Positions 12,766 through 23,212 of a stretch of 64,000 bases of DNA are shown here, one piece after another; within the stretch, counting starts at the first letter, position 1, and the number at the start of each line of letters is the position of its first letter. The DNA comes from Fistulifera solaris (lineage: Eukaryota). The position numbers were made by a program, and so were the translations under genes. The DNA lies in the NCBI GenBank assembly GCA_030295235.1, contig AP026134.1:806001-870000 (forward strand). Direction: 5' to 3'. The notes beneath the pieces were generated by a model. It had not been told where the DNA came from. It made no database searches and saw only the letters and a program-made list of their open reading frames with translations.

Positions 12766-13277
12766 GGATTTGGACGTTTATGCCTTGATAGGCGGTTGAG
12801 CGTGATGACTCACGCATACTGTAAGATAGAATGGTATTCACTACAGAAAGAAAGCTGATTCTTTTAGATTACGACAATTTATTTAGTGATTAGCTAGTTC
12901 GTTACTGCAAAACGCCTTGCTGCGACGTCACTCGACAAATTGCTTATAATTGTGCAAGCCATGGTCGCTTTGCTGAATGTTCGCCTAGGACGTTAGCTTT
13001 TGGTATGATTAGCTGTTGATGATCGTGTACGTGGCAGGTGTCAAAATTCCAGTCGTGAATCATCATATCTTGTCTAGTGCAAAGAGTAGGTTTGAGGAGC
13101 TGAGTAAGTCTTGCGCGCCACGCAAAAAGGTGTCAAGGATCTTCGCCCTCTTTTGCATTCCTTAATTACGATTATGAAGAAAAACACAACGATCACAAAA
13201 ATCATCATCGCTAGTTCGCATAAAGTCACATCAAGTTTTGTTATTTATTTGTGATCCTACGAGAAATACCAAACACC

Positions 13278-14598
13278 ATGTGCATCAAAAGCACGAAAGC
13301 CTCCCCTTTTGGTAGTTCTTCTGGTGGCAGTCGGTCTTCCTTCTGGCACCAGTTTCGCTCCCGTTGCTTCACCATACCGGTCTGCTGTGTGCTCGACTGC
13401 GCCGATGACAAAAACCTTCTTTAAGCATCAGCAGCAACAGACGCCTCGCGTAACGTCGACACTGTCCGCAAAGCGTCCCAACATGTCCGATTCTGAGAAG
13501 CAGAAAACTTCCACTGACCCAACTCCCTGGGCATTGACTTATCTTAAAGAAAACAATATGGGACTTAATGGTCGTACTGCCGTTGTTGCTTCACTACTGG
13601 CCTTAGCACTTACTTTTTCTCCTATGAATGCGGATGCCGCTATGTCTGGTGGGAGAATGGGCGGATCCTTTTCATCGCCCAGTCGCTCGGCCCCGAGTCG
13701 AGTCATGCCCAGTCGATCCTATTCGTCGCCTTCCTACCGGGGCGGATATTATTCGCGGCCCAACGTGATCGTAGCGCCAACGATCACGCCCTTTACAGTC
13801 CCTTCACGCCATTCTATAATCCCATCACTCCTTTTTTACGGTGGAGGGGCTGCTCTCACTTACCGTAGTCCATTTTTCTTCGGCGGTGGCCTTTTTCCGC
13901 TATTTGCTCTGGGCTTTGGGGCGTGGGCGCTTCTTACTGTAGTTCCTAATTTGCTTTCTCGGTCGGATACCTTTTCGTCGTTCGAGAGCTCGGCACTTTC
14001 ATCTGCGCTGGGGTCGGGAACATCTGTCGCACAGATCAGTGTGGCGATGGAAGTGCCGGACCGAGACGATCCCAATTCGATTCTTTCTGTATTGGATCGC
14101 TTGTCTCGTACGGCTCGTACCGATAGTCGTGTTGGTATTCAGAATTTAACCAGTCAAGTGGCTCTGGAACTGTTGAGGCGAAAAAGTTCTATTTCGGCTG
14201 CATGGACTCGCTCCAAGCACTTTTCCAAGACGCAAGAGGCTCAGCGAGACTACCAGCAGAGGTCCGTTCAGGAACGAAGCAAGTTTGAGCAGGAAACAGT
14301 CAGCAAGTATGGTGGCGTAGACTATTCTACGACGAGCATGAAAAGTGCAGGTGCCTCGAACAGCAAAGCAACCATGGCAGTCGTCACCATTCTAATCGCC
14401 ATCGATGGTGATTCGACGAAACTCCCTACGATAAATTCTCTTCGTGATGTGGAAAACGCGTTGCAAAAGATTGCTTCGGACGTCAAAACGGATGATTGTT
14501 TGCTGAGTGCCGAAATTTTGTGGTCTCCGGAAGCGCGGTTCGAGACTCTGTCGAAACGCGACGTTGTGGCCGATTACCCCGAGCTCCGGTCCGTTTAG
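13278..14598 (+). CDS. FLAP1: DUF1517 / FLAP1 (fluctuating-light acclimation)-like plastid protein
   Basis: SFAP plastid presequence, ADAAMSGGRMGGSFS, LSRTARTDS, ALELLRRK, SVQERSKFEQET, AEILWSPE...ETLS...DYPELRSV. ATG at 13278 needs one indel near 13305. Confidence 0.85.
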
Positions 14599-14886
14599 AG
14601 TTGATTATCACATTGTTAAATTCCTAAATACAGTTTGTTACGGTGTAGTATAGATGGAATGCTTGGTGTTTCTAGAGTTGCAATACTGTTTACAGTAACA
14701 ATGCTAATTCAGTCCTAATTCGAAAGAATATTCTAGATAAAAAGCTGCAAACTGCTCGTTATAGCCTGATGTGTTATCGTCATATCAGTTCGTCTATTAA
14801 AGCTATAGAAATGTCTCAAGACAAGTCGCTTTCTTGGTAGTCTAGATGTGTATGTTGGGTGTTTCGTGGCGCATTCGTTCGTCTGC

Positions 14887-15938
14887 TTAGTCAAAGGAGC
14901 GCACAATATCGTCGGCATGGTTGGGCTGGCCGTGAAGGGGACTGGGTGGTCCAAAGTCGTGGACACTTCCGTCAAAAGAATGATTCTCAAAATGCTCGTT
15001 ACTGGCGGCGAGAGCGAGCGGATCCAGTTCGGATGCTGGGTTGATTTCGATCTTATCGGTGAGATGAGAAGGATGAAAAGCGTTGTGAAATGCTGATCCG
15101 AGGTTTTCAAACCCAGTGGCTGCCGGTGATGGCGGCATTTTGTGATGAAGCATCAAGTCCGTATGATCTTCCGAGGGCCGTTCCTGGGGTGGAGTAGCGG
15201 CACTCGTGTTCCCCGAGTCGAGCAGGCTGGTCTCGCCCAGCATACCACTGGAGCTTGCGGCTGTAGTAGGAGTAGTAGTAGGCATGTATCTGCCTTCGTG
15301 GTCGATTCGCTGCTTCTTCGACCAGTGCATTCCGTCGTCGATAGAGGGTGACAAGGACGATGCATCGATCGCTTGAGGGTGGAGTTTGCCAAAGGTCCAC
15401 TTCTCCGGGTCCATGAGATGCTGGCTCGACTCACGGAGAGCGGCTGTGGCTATTTGTTCCGCGTATTCCTTGTTTGAGAGTCCGGTTTGGAGACGCATCT
15501 CATTTACTTGTATCACGTCTGGAGGAACTTCCACTGAGGCTGCGTAGCCAGTACGGTCTTGACGGTTACAATCTCGTAACGCTTGACAAGCCTTCTTCAA
15601 ACACTCTTGTTCCGTGAGTTCTTCCCAGGGTCCTTCTAAACCTCGGGAATTCTTAGAACGTCCCGCTCGTTTGAGAAACCTCCCCGGAGGATCGAGACGT
15701 TTGATATGATCAACAATCTCCTGTGCTACGGCTCTCTTTTCCGTGGTTGTATACTGCGTGCAATAGTTGGCATCGTAACAACCATTTACCAAAGCTCGGA
15801 ATCGTTCATTTCCAGGATGCTGAGCGATATTCACTCCTCTTCCATTTAAAACGTCATGATCCGTGGGTACGATCGGTGCGGTGGCTGGTTGCGGCACTCC
15901 CCACGGATAGTTGACTTTTGAGCTCTCTGATGATTCAT
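14887..15938 (-). CDS. DUF6824-domain protein (diatom-expanded putative transcription regulator)
   Basis: PTDHDVLNGRG...HPGNERFRALV...KRAVAQEIV...PPGRFLK...WEEL...KKACQALRD. Start codon uncertain (15897-15938). Confidence 0.85.
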
Positions 15939-16002
15939 TTGGCTCTTTCGATTATTTTCACAGGTACACGATAGAATAGGAAATCCTCACAGAGGAGGAG
16001 CC

Positions 16003-16024
16003 CACACACACACACACACACACA
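16003..16024. repeat. (CA)11 microsatellite upstream of the DUF6824 gene
   Basis: Direct reading of the sequence. Confidence 0.95.
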
Positions 16025-17361
16025 GAAACCGCTACAAACACAAATACCGCAACGCCAGGCCGCTCAACTTTCAAGTAACTTCGGAATGATTGGATCGACC
16101 CTTTCTGGAGAGAATGACAAACAGATAATAATGAGCACAATCGTGATTGACTTGGCTCGGCGGCACGACGATAGTGTGGCAAGTGAAACGAAAACTGTAT
16201 CGAATGTAAATCTCGGATCAACAGCTCGTTCTTTCCCGTCAATAATGAGAGAGGGTACTGTACGAAAGAGGGGGTCCGTGGTCCGTGGACGAGAAAAAAG
16301 GCGGATACCAGGTAATGTATGTTAGCAAGTGCCGTGGATTTGTTTGGAATCTCTCTCCCGTCGAGGGGTCGCGCAGATCGCGCATTCGGCCCATTTTGAG
16401 GCTCTGGATCGGTCGAATGGATCCCTTTTTCGCTTTCGCGCAATGCGCGATGTCCTCGATCACTACTAGTCATTGTACATTACAGTATCGCGAAGGCGTA
16501 AAACGGAGAACTGTGACTACATTTTATCGTATACTAAAAGTAAGGCTCGTCAGCGCTATGCGTTATCGTTTTCCTCATTTGAATCTTGAAGCAACTTCGT
16601 AACGGATAACGGATTGCACGAATTAGATTTCAATCCTTACACATGTTACCTGGTAGGTTCGAGTCGAGCCAAAAGTTAGTTAGTATGTTCAATGTTGAGA
16701 AGCCGCGACAAGAATCGAAAAATGCGCTAACTTGGTTATAAAAACCCCAAGTCGTCTTTCAAGGTCAGTTTTGTCAACCGCGAGGACTTCGTAGAAAATG
16801 CTCTAGCTTAATCCTGTCCTAACAAAGTCGAAAAAACGACAAACGGAGGCAATCCTGCAATGTGATCAGGTAGCAAACTTTCCAATTGTCCTGGGATACT
16901 TTGCGGTCGTCTCAATATTTTTGGAGTCAGATTGCTTTTTACTGCTTTAATAGGCGATCGTGGATTACTAAATCGAGAAAAATAACATAAACAATTACTT
17001 CTAGAAGATTAAAACAATGAAAAATACTTTAGTGGTACTGATTCATTCATCTTTATGAGTTTAGTAGTCTTTTGTTTGATGCGCCTTCGAATCGTGAATG
17101 AACCATGTTCGGTTAGCATACCCACGACTTGAACATAACCCGTAACCTTGTTCAATGTCGATGAGGATCGAATGAATAAAGAATGCGATCATAATATATA
17201 TAACCTTTACTACAAACTACAACACAACTAAGTCAATAAGTTGATAATACATTTTACATCTTACGGAGTCCTTTAAACCCTACTTGAACATTTACACGGC
17301 AATAATCATTTGCGTGGATCCATTAGCATGTCAATCGAATCGATTGTAGATTTGCGCGCTG

Positions 17362-20300
17362 ATGCGAGCCCCCGCTCCCCTCAGTGTGTTCGCCGCTGCC
17401 GAAACGCAAGCTTCCTTGCGGAGCACAAACCCATTTGATGTCTCCAAGGGACCTCCCGGTAAAGGAAGTGTGGTTGCTTTCGTCTTCGGGACGGATAAGG
17501 GATCTATTCACTATCGAACATATGCAGCACCTGGTCCCTCTTCGAACCAAGGCGGGCTTTCCGCACAACTCAATCTGACAACCTCTCTGACCACACCTCC
17601 ATCAAACAGGATATCCTCTCCTCTAGGAGCGAACTCGTCCAGTCAGAGGTCGACTAATTTACCGCGTGCTTACTATCCTGTCGATCTGGGGTCACTGGGT
17701 GGCCCTGTTGTTTCTTGTATTAAATTGGGAGTTTCACAATCGAATTCGACGTATTTTCTTTTGCTCGTGGATGATAACCGGGGGACGTCAGCGACACAAC
17801 CCGGGGCTTATTCTGCCGTTATTGTGGCCCTGACAGCAGGAAATTTCCATATTGTAGTCCCCTCTGGAAATTTGCCGCGAATTTCGTGCGCTACATTTCA
17901 TTCAATGACCGGTTTGGTCTACGGCGCGGGGCGTTCGATACAGGTGCTACGACCTGAGACATGGGAAGAAGAAGTGAAACGAGGGTCCAGATATGCTGCT
18001 AGTCGGTCCAAAAGATTAGTATTCGGAAATAACATTTTGCCAGCACCAGGCGTCCGGACGGGGCAAGATGCAATGGAACTTACAGCAAACGGAAAGGTGG
18101 TAATCGCTGTTGTGGGAAATACCTTCCATGCAATAGTAGGCCAAGAAGCAGATGAGCGACAGCAGACTGGAACAGAGGCGGCTTCAGAAAATATCAAGCT
18201 GATTTCTTTTTCTCAGTCATCTCAAGTGCATCCAGTGATTGCCTTGGATTTGCGTGACGAATCTCTGGACGCTGACTGGTCTTCGTTATTCCTAGCTAGT
18301 GGTCGTGAATGCGCCGTCGTTGACTTAAATTATGGCCCGCCATCTGCTCCGACGCTTTCTGCCAGTAAGCCTCGAAATGGGGTTGTTACGTTGGCGTCGC
18401 CCATTCGTGCGGCCGCTGCATGTTGGCCTTGGATTGTTGTGCTGACCAACGATGGCCTAGTGTCAGTACGTCCACCTTCCTGTCTCTCTGTGACGCTGAG
18501 AACTGTAAGTATATCGTGCGTCGTGCATAAAGATTTATTTGAAATTTCATCTTATGCATATACTGAAAATGAATAGGTTGAAGTTGGTCAACGCCCCAAT
18601 GACTTTTTTTGTGTTGCGAACGTTACGGAACGAAAGCGGAGCTCCATGGATTGCCGCACTTGCTTATTCAGGTGAGAGTAAAATATTGCAATGTCAACCG
18701 GATACGGCTCAAGATCTTGCAGATCGACTTATGCGTCATGCAATTGATGCATTTGGGGCCAATGGATTCCCGAGGGTTGAGGTGGCAGAATCGGTGGGGG
18801 CATCCGTTACTGCGGCTTCCTACGTTGGCCCCGAGCCGTCTCAGCAAGCACGAATGCTACTAAAGCAATACTTGGAGGCTCTACTAGGAATGACAGATTT
18901 CGAAGGCAATCCTAATTCAGGCTGGCCTTCGGAATTAGGGACTGGAAAACTTCGTCAAGGTTCCTCTGGGAGCAAGAAAGAAAAAGTATCCTTCTCCGGT
19001 CGTGGATATCGACCAACGATGCTGTCGGCTGAGTCTCCGGGACATTTGATTGCAGCAACTGCCCTATTGTGTCTCGTGTGCAGTAAAATTTCACCTCCCA
19101 ATCCGGCAGTTGCCAACAGGGCGGCTAAGTCGTGTGCAGATGAGCTTGGTGTCGTTTTTCATGAACGTGGAGATTTATCAGAGAGCGCTTCACAAGTCTG
19201 TGTTCTCGTCGCGGACAAAATTTTACGCGAGGCTTTCGCGAATTTTTCACTCTTATCGGGGTCGGCGTCACCATCTCCTCTGCAGCATAGTAATCGTTGG
19301 TCCAACTCTACAAACAATTCTACGTTTATTGAAGCGACAGTTTGGTTGCTTCGATCAGCTGGTAAGCATGAACAGGCCATTGATGTCGCTTATACTCGTC
19401 TTTTGCAGCAAGGGGAGCAGGTTCAAGCTGAAGAAGAAAGCTCGTCAGTTGGTGGGAAAGGGACATGGTCGCACATTAAATATGAATCCTACACCGCAAC
19501 CCATCTAAGTGATTTATGGTGCTCTGGGAAAAGCGAGGGCTGTGACTTAGTGTTACGGTCTCCGGCGACGTTACGACTATTGGAGAATAATCCCCGATTG
19601 GGACTTTCTGTATTCACGGCCACTCACCCACACTACGAAGACCAGTGGAGAAAAGTGGCAGCTAAAGACGACCCGCTTGTTAATGCCGATTATGTGTACG
19701 ATGTTCTTAAGCTTCTCAAATCAGTAAACCCTACTCTCCCATATGATCAAGAACGTTCCGACAATTTTTCAGACTCCACTCTCCCCTTAGGATCAGGACG
19801 AGCTTTAGCAGTTGCCTTTTTGGAATCGGCGATTGGAATTTATAGCGGTCGACCTTCGGAGCGTCATGATCTCGAAAGTGGTGCTGTTGACAGCAAGGCA
19901 TCAGAGCGCATCGCCAATTTTCATGATGAATTGAGCTTTCTTTTGCTAGAAGGGGTTATCGCCGAGAAAAGTGAAGACGGTGCTCAAGCTCGAGATACTC
20001 GTCTAGGGGAGGTGTATCGAAAAAAATTACAAAAACTGCTTAAATCTCCTCTGGCTCGAATTCGTTCCGATCGCTTTTTGGCCACTTTACCTCCCTCTTT
20101 CTACAGGAAAAGGCGTTAGTGCTTGGTCGTGTTGGTCGACACGAAGATGCTCTTCGAATCTTATACCATGAGCTTGATAGCTTGGAGCTAGCGCTCGAGT
20201 ACTGCGATGATAGATTTGAGCAGCAGCGAGCCCTCCGGGATCGGAGGTATCAGCAGCAGCAACAACAGCTCTCTACTGGGATGGATCAGTCGTTCGACAT

Positions 20301-21144
20301 ATCTACCTTGATTTCCGGTGAAGATAATGCATATCTTCCTCTTGTTCGCGTTGCCTTGGAGTCAAAAGATCAAGAACGAGGAATAAGGGCGGCAATTCAG
20401 ATCCTTGCTCTTCGTCGCAATGCGATCGATCGAGCGGCAGCTCTGCGTTTGTTACCATTAGGCATCCCCGTGTCTGCAGTTGCACGCCCATTCCTCATTC
20501 CTGCCTTGGTCGACAGCGAGTCCCAGGAGCGCCGGTTGGCAGTGGTCGCTGCCTTGATGCGAGCAAGATATTCAAGATTGAAAGAGGAACTGACTGTTGC
20601 GCAATTACGATCGCAAGCTTCTCTCCACGTAGTACCACAGTTACGTAGTCTCAATCTTGGTGAGCCTCTGTATTCGAGCAAGGCAGTACGAGCGCGAACC
20701 AATGCAGCGGCGAGCGCAACAATGCCCGACGTTATGATAATCAAGCATTTCTTTCCCCGAAATGTTGTAATTCAAGCGAAAGTGACGAACAATACGGGCG
20801 GAGATTCGTCGGACTACAGACTTTCAACACATGGCCGGGTTGGGCGAACTTTCACCGAGATTGCGTTTGTAGTGGCAGAGTCTTCCGAAGAAGCCATTCA
20901 ACCTCTTTTCATAGTACCGATAAAGGTTTTACCACAGAAGTTGTCGGGATCAGCCTGGTGTGTATTGGAAGCCGCGCCTGCCCGGATGGATGGAGCAGTG
21001 GCACAGCTTACTTGCGAATTACGGTACACGGTCCAGTCTGTGGAGAGTGCTGGTCTCGTCGGCAGCCCCGGTGTCGGTGTAGGTGGTCGGACCTTTGTCG
21101 AAGAATTACAGGACTTGGAAGTACACGCGGCTCACTTTTCGTAG
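17362..21144 (+). CDS. Vps39/TGFBRAP1(Vps3)-like HOPS/CORVET subunit with a C-terminal gamma-COP appendage-like domain (intron 18505-18576; frameshifts near 18605 and 20100)
   Basis: N-terminal beta-rich CNH-like region, then an alpha-solenoid: YRKKLQKLL...EKALVLGRVGRHEDALRILYHELDSLELALEYCD...ALRLLPLGIPVSAVARPFL. Confidence 0.75.
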
Positions 21145-21230
21145 TATGAAGTTAAATTAAAGAGGGTATATGGACGCGGTTTGTCATATCTTTTCGTTTT
21201 ATTTTTGGGCCTACTAGAGTGAACAACTTA

Positions 21231-21482
21231 CTAAATATACGAATAAGTAAGAGATCTACGAGTTCTCCTTTTGTGTTGCGCCCACTGTGACGACAGCTTT
21301 TTCTTGCGCTCCGCTCGTTCGGCTTGTTTCAATTTGTAGTCTTCAGCGCGCTCGATTGCTCGCTGATCACGTTCCTTCTGCCCTGGCTTGGTGGCTGTTT
21401 GTGAGGCCAGGCCTTCTTTCGCGTCCTTTAAAACGCTTTCAATTTGATTCTTCGCGGCCATCTGAGATGCCTGATTGCCCAT
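21231..21482 (-). CDS. Small helical protein with an N-myristoylation signal; complexin-like central helix
   Basis: MGNQAS (G2, S6) and a charged helix ERAEDYKLKQAERAERKKKLSSQW. The true stop may lie earlier if an A-run indel is present. Confidence 0.65.
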   Translation of the reverse strand: MGNQASQMAAKNQIESVLKDAKEGLASQTATKPGQKERDQRAIERAEDYKLKQAERAERKKKLSSQWAQHKRRTRRSLTYSYI

Positions 21483-21613
21483 GTTGTTTGATGATCGCCA
21501 AACAAATCACAGGTTTATGTTCCAAGAAGAATGCAATAAAATGCCATGGGCGGAAAATGACTTCTCTACAAGTACCAGGTATTGATTTTTGTGGATGCTG
21601 CTGGACGATTGTC

Positions 21614-21893
21614 TCATGACTGAAATCCAGTCGTGGTGAAATACGGGCAACACTTTGTCTTATAGTAAATACGAAAGTCAAAGATCGGCATCGCTGATCG
21701 ACGTAGAAAACCGAGGAGTGCTGTGCACATGACATGATACTAATGGTAATTGAATTATGAAAAAAATAATTTTTGCTTATCATGCTTGCAGAACGAACGA
21801 ACGGAAGATAACGAGCAATGTGGTTCCAAACCAGTTACCATTCATGACTGAATCCAGTCGTGGTCATATTCAGACCACACTTGGTTCTATAGT
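21614..21893. repeat. Pair of ~53-bp dispersed repeat units (21614-21666 and 21842-21893)
   Basis: TCATGACTGA(A)ATCCAGTCGTGGT...ACACTT.G....TATAGT occurs twice; related copies at 56104 and 56324. Confidence 0.85.
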
Positions 21894-22117
21894 GGGACGA
21901 CCAAGGATCCGCCCGAATCGTTCTCCGTGTTAATCCCCATTAACAGAAATTCTGAATGATAGGTGTGAGACGATCCTTGTGAGCAAATGCTTCGCTAATA
22001 AATGATTACTTATCACTGATCGCCGCGATGCTGATCTATTGAACTATAAACTGAAAACTGTAAAGGACTCCTTCTACTAGCGACTCCATCTTCTTGGAGC
22101 TGGCAGCTCCTGACTCC

Positions 22118-22138
22118 TGACGTCAACATCTGACGTCA
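22118..22138. promoter_or_regulatory. Tandem TGACGTCA (CRE/bZIP-aureochrome-type) palindromes upstream of plastid NFU
   Basis: TGACGTCA at 22118-22125 and 22131-22138, about 180 bp before the ATG. Confidence 0.5.
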
Positions 22139-22312
22139 TTTTTGTCTGACGGACGACGGACGCATTTTGATTTTACCACGCGAAACGCGAACATCGTCTT
22201 CGGGAGGTTTCAGTCAAACGTTTTGCGTTTCTCGTCGTTGTTTATTCTTTCGTACATTCTCTCTTTGGTGTTACTGATTTCGTACCACTGCAGTATTACT
22301 TTGTTAACAAGA

Positions 22313-23074
22313 ATGGCTTTCGCGAAATGGTGTAGCTCGGTCGCTATTCTCTTGTGTCTGGAACCGGCGGCGGGGTTCCTGACGACAAACGGCCTACCAC
22401 GGCTTGCCCCAACGTTTGTCCGAATGGCCGACATTATTTCCCCATTTGATGATTCCGACAATAAAAGCAGTACATCTTCTACGAAAACAGCCACCGACAT
22501 TGATAAAGGTCCTCTCGACTTGACGTGGGAGAATGTAGAACTTGTTTTGGACTCAATGAGATCGTATTTAATCCAAGATGGTGGGAATGTTGTGATCAGT
22601 GAAATTGACGGACCAGTGGTTCGTTTGGAGTTACAGGTAGGTCCTTTGTGAGCGAATACTTATCTCTTGTGTTCTTTTGAACGTTCCTGATTGATGCATC
22701 GCGGCTCTGCTTCGATTCAGGGTGCTTGTGGAACGTGTCCTTCATCAACACAAACGATGAAGATGGGATTGGAGCGCGGGTTGAAGGAACGTATACCGGA
22801 AATACAGGAAGTCGTACAAAAAATGCCGGAAGGACCAGAACTCACGGATGAACAAATTAATGTCGTGTTGGATGGTGTACGACCGTTTCTTCAGGTGGCG
22901 GGAGGAAGCATTGACATTGACCGCATTGAAGGGAAAGACGGATTGCAACCTGCGATATTCTTGAACATGCGAGGTTCCAGTGCTAGTCTTAACTCTGTCA
23001 AATTGGAGATTGCTCAACGGTTACAACGGCACTTCATGATGGCTGGTTTAAGGATTGAGTGGGTCAAGAATTAG
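22313..23074 (+). CDS. NFU: Plastid NifU-like Fe-S cluster carrier with two NifU_C domains (intron 22637-22720)
   Basis: Signal peptide plus AAGF. ENVELVLDSMRSYLIQDGGNV...LQ|GACGTCPSSTQTMKMGLERGLKERIPEI; second domain VLDGVRPFLQVAGG. Confidence 0.93.
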
Positions 23075-23212
23075 ATAGTATACAGCAAAACTACTGGACC
23101 TATGTTTCTCCTGAGTAGGAAACATAAAAAGTACTCCGTATAATTTCAAAACGAGTTCTGCGTTGTGTTGAATCATATTCCGTACTACCTGATAAGGAAA
23201 GACGTATGAATT

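Noticed and set aside
16600..17340. AT-rich intergenic stretch as a possible centromere or foreign insert
   Set aside because: Short, only moderately AT-rich, with no repeats or ORFs; compatible with an ordinary divergent promoter region.
21614..21893. ATGA...AA hairpin as a SECIS element
   Set aside because: The stem is too short, there is no GA quartet partner, it is not in a 3' UTR, and no in-frame UGA selenoprotein is adjacent.
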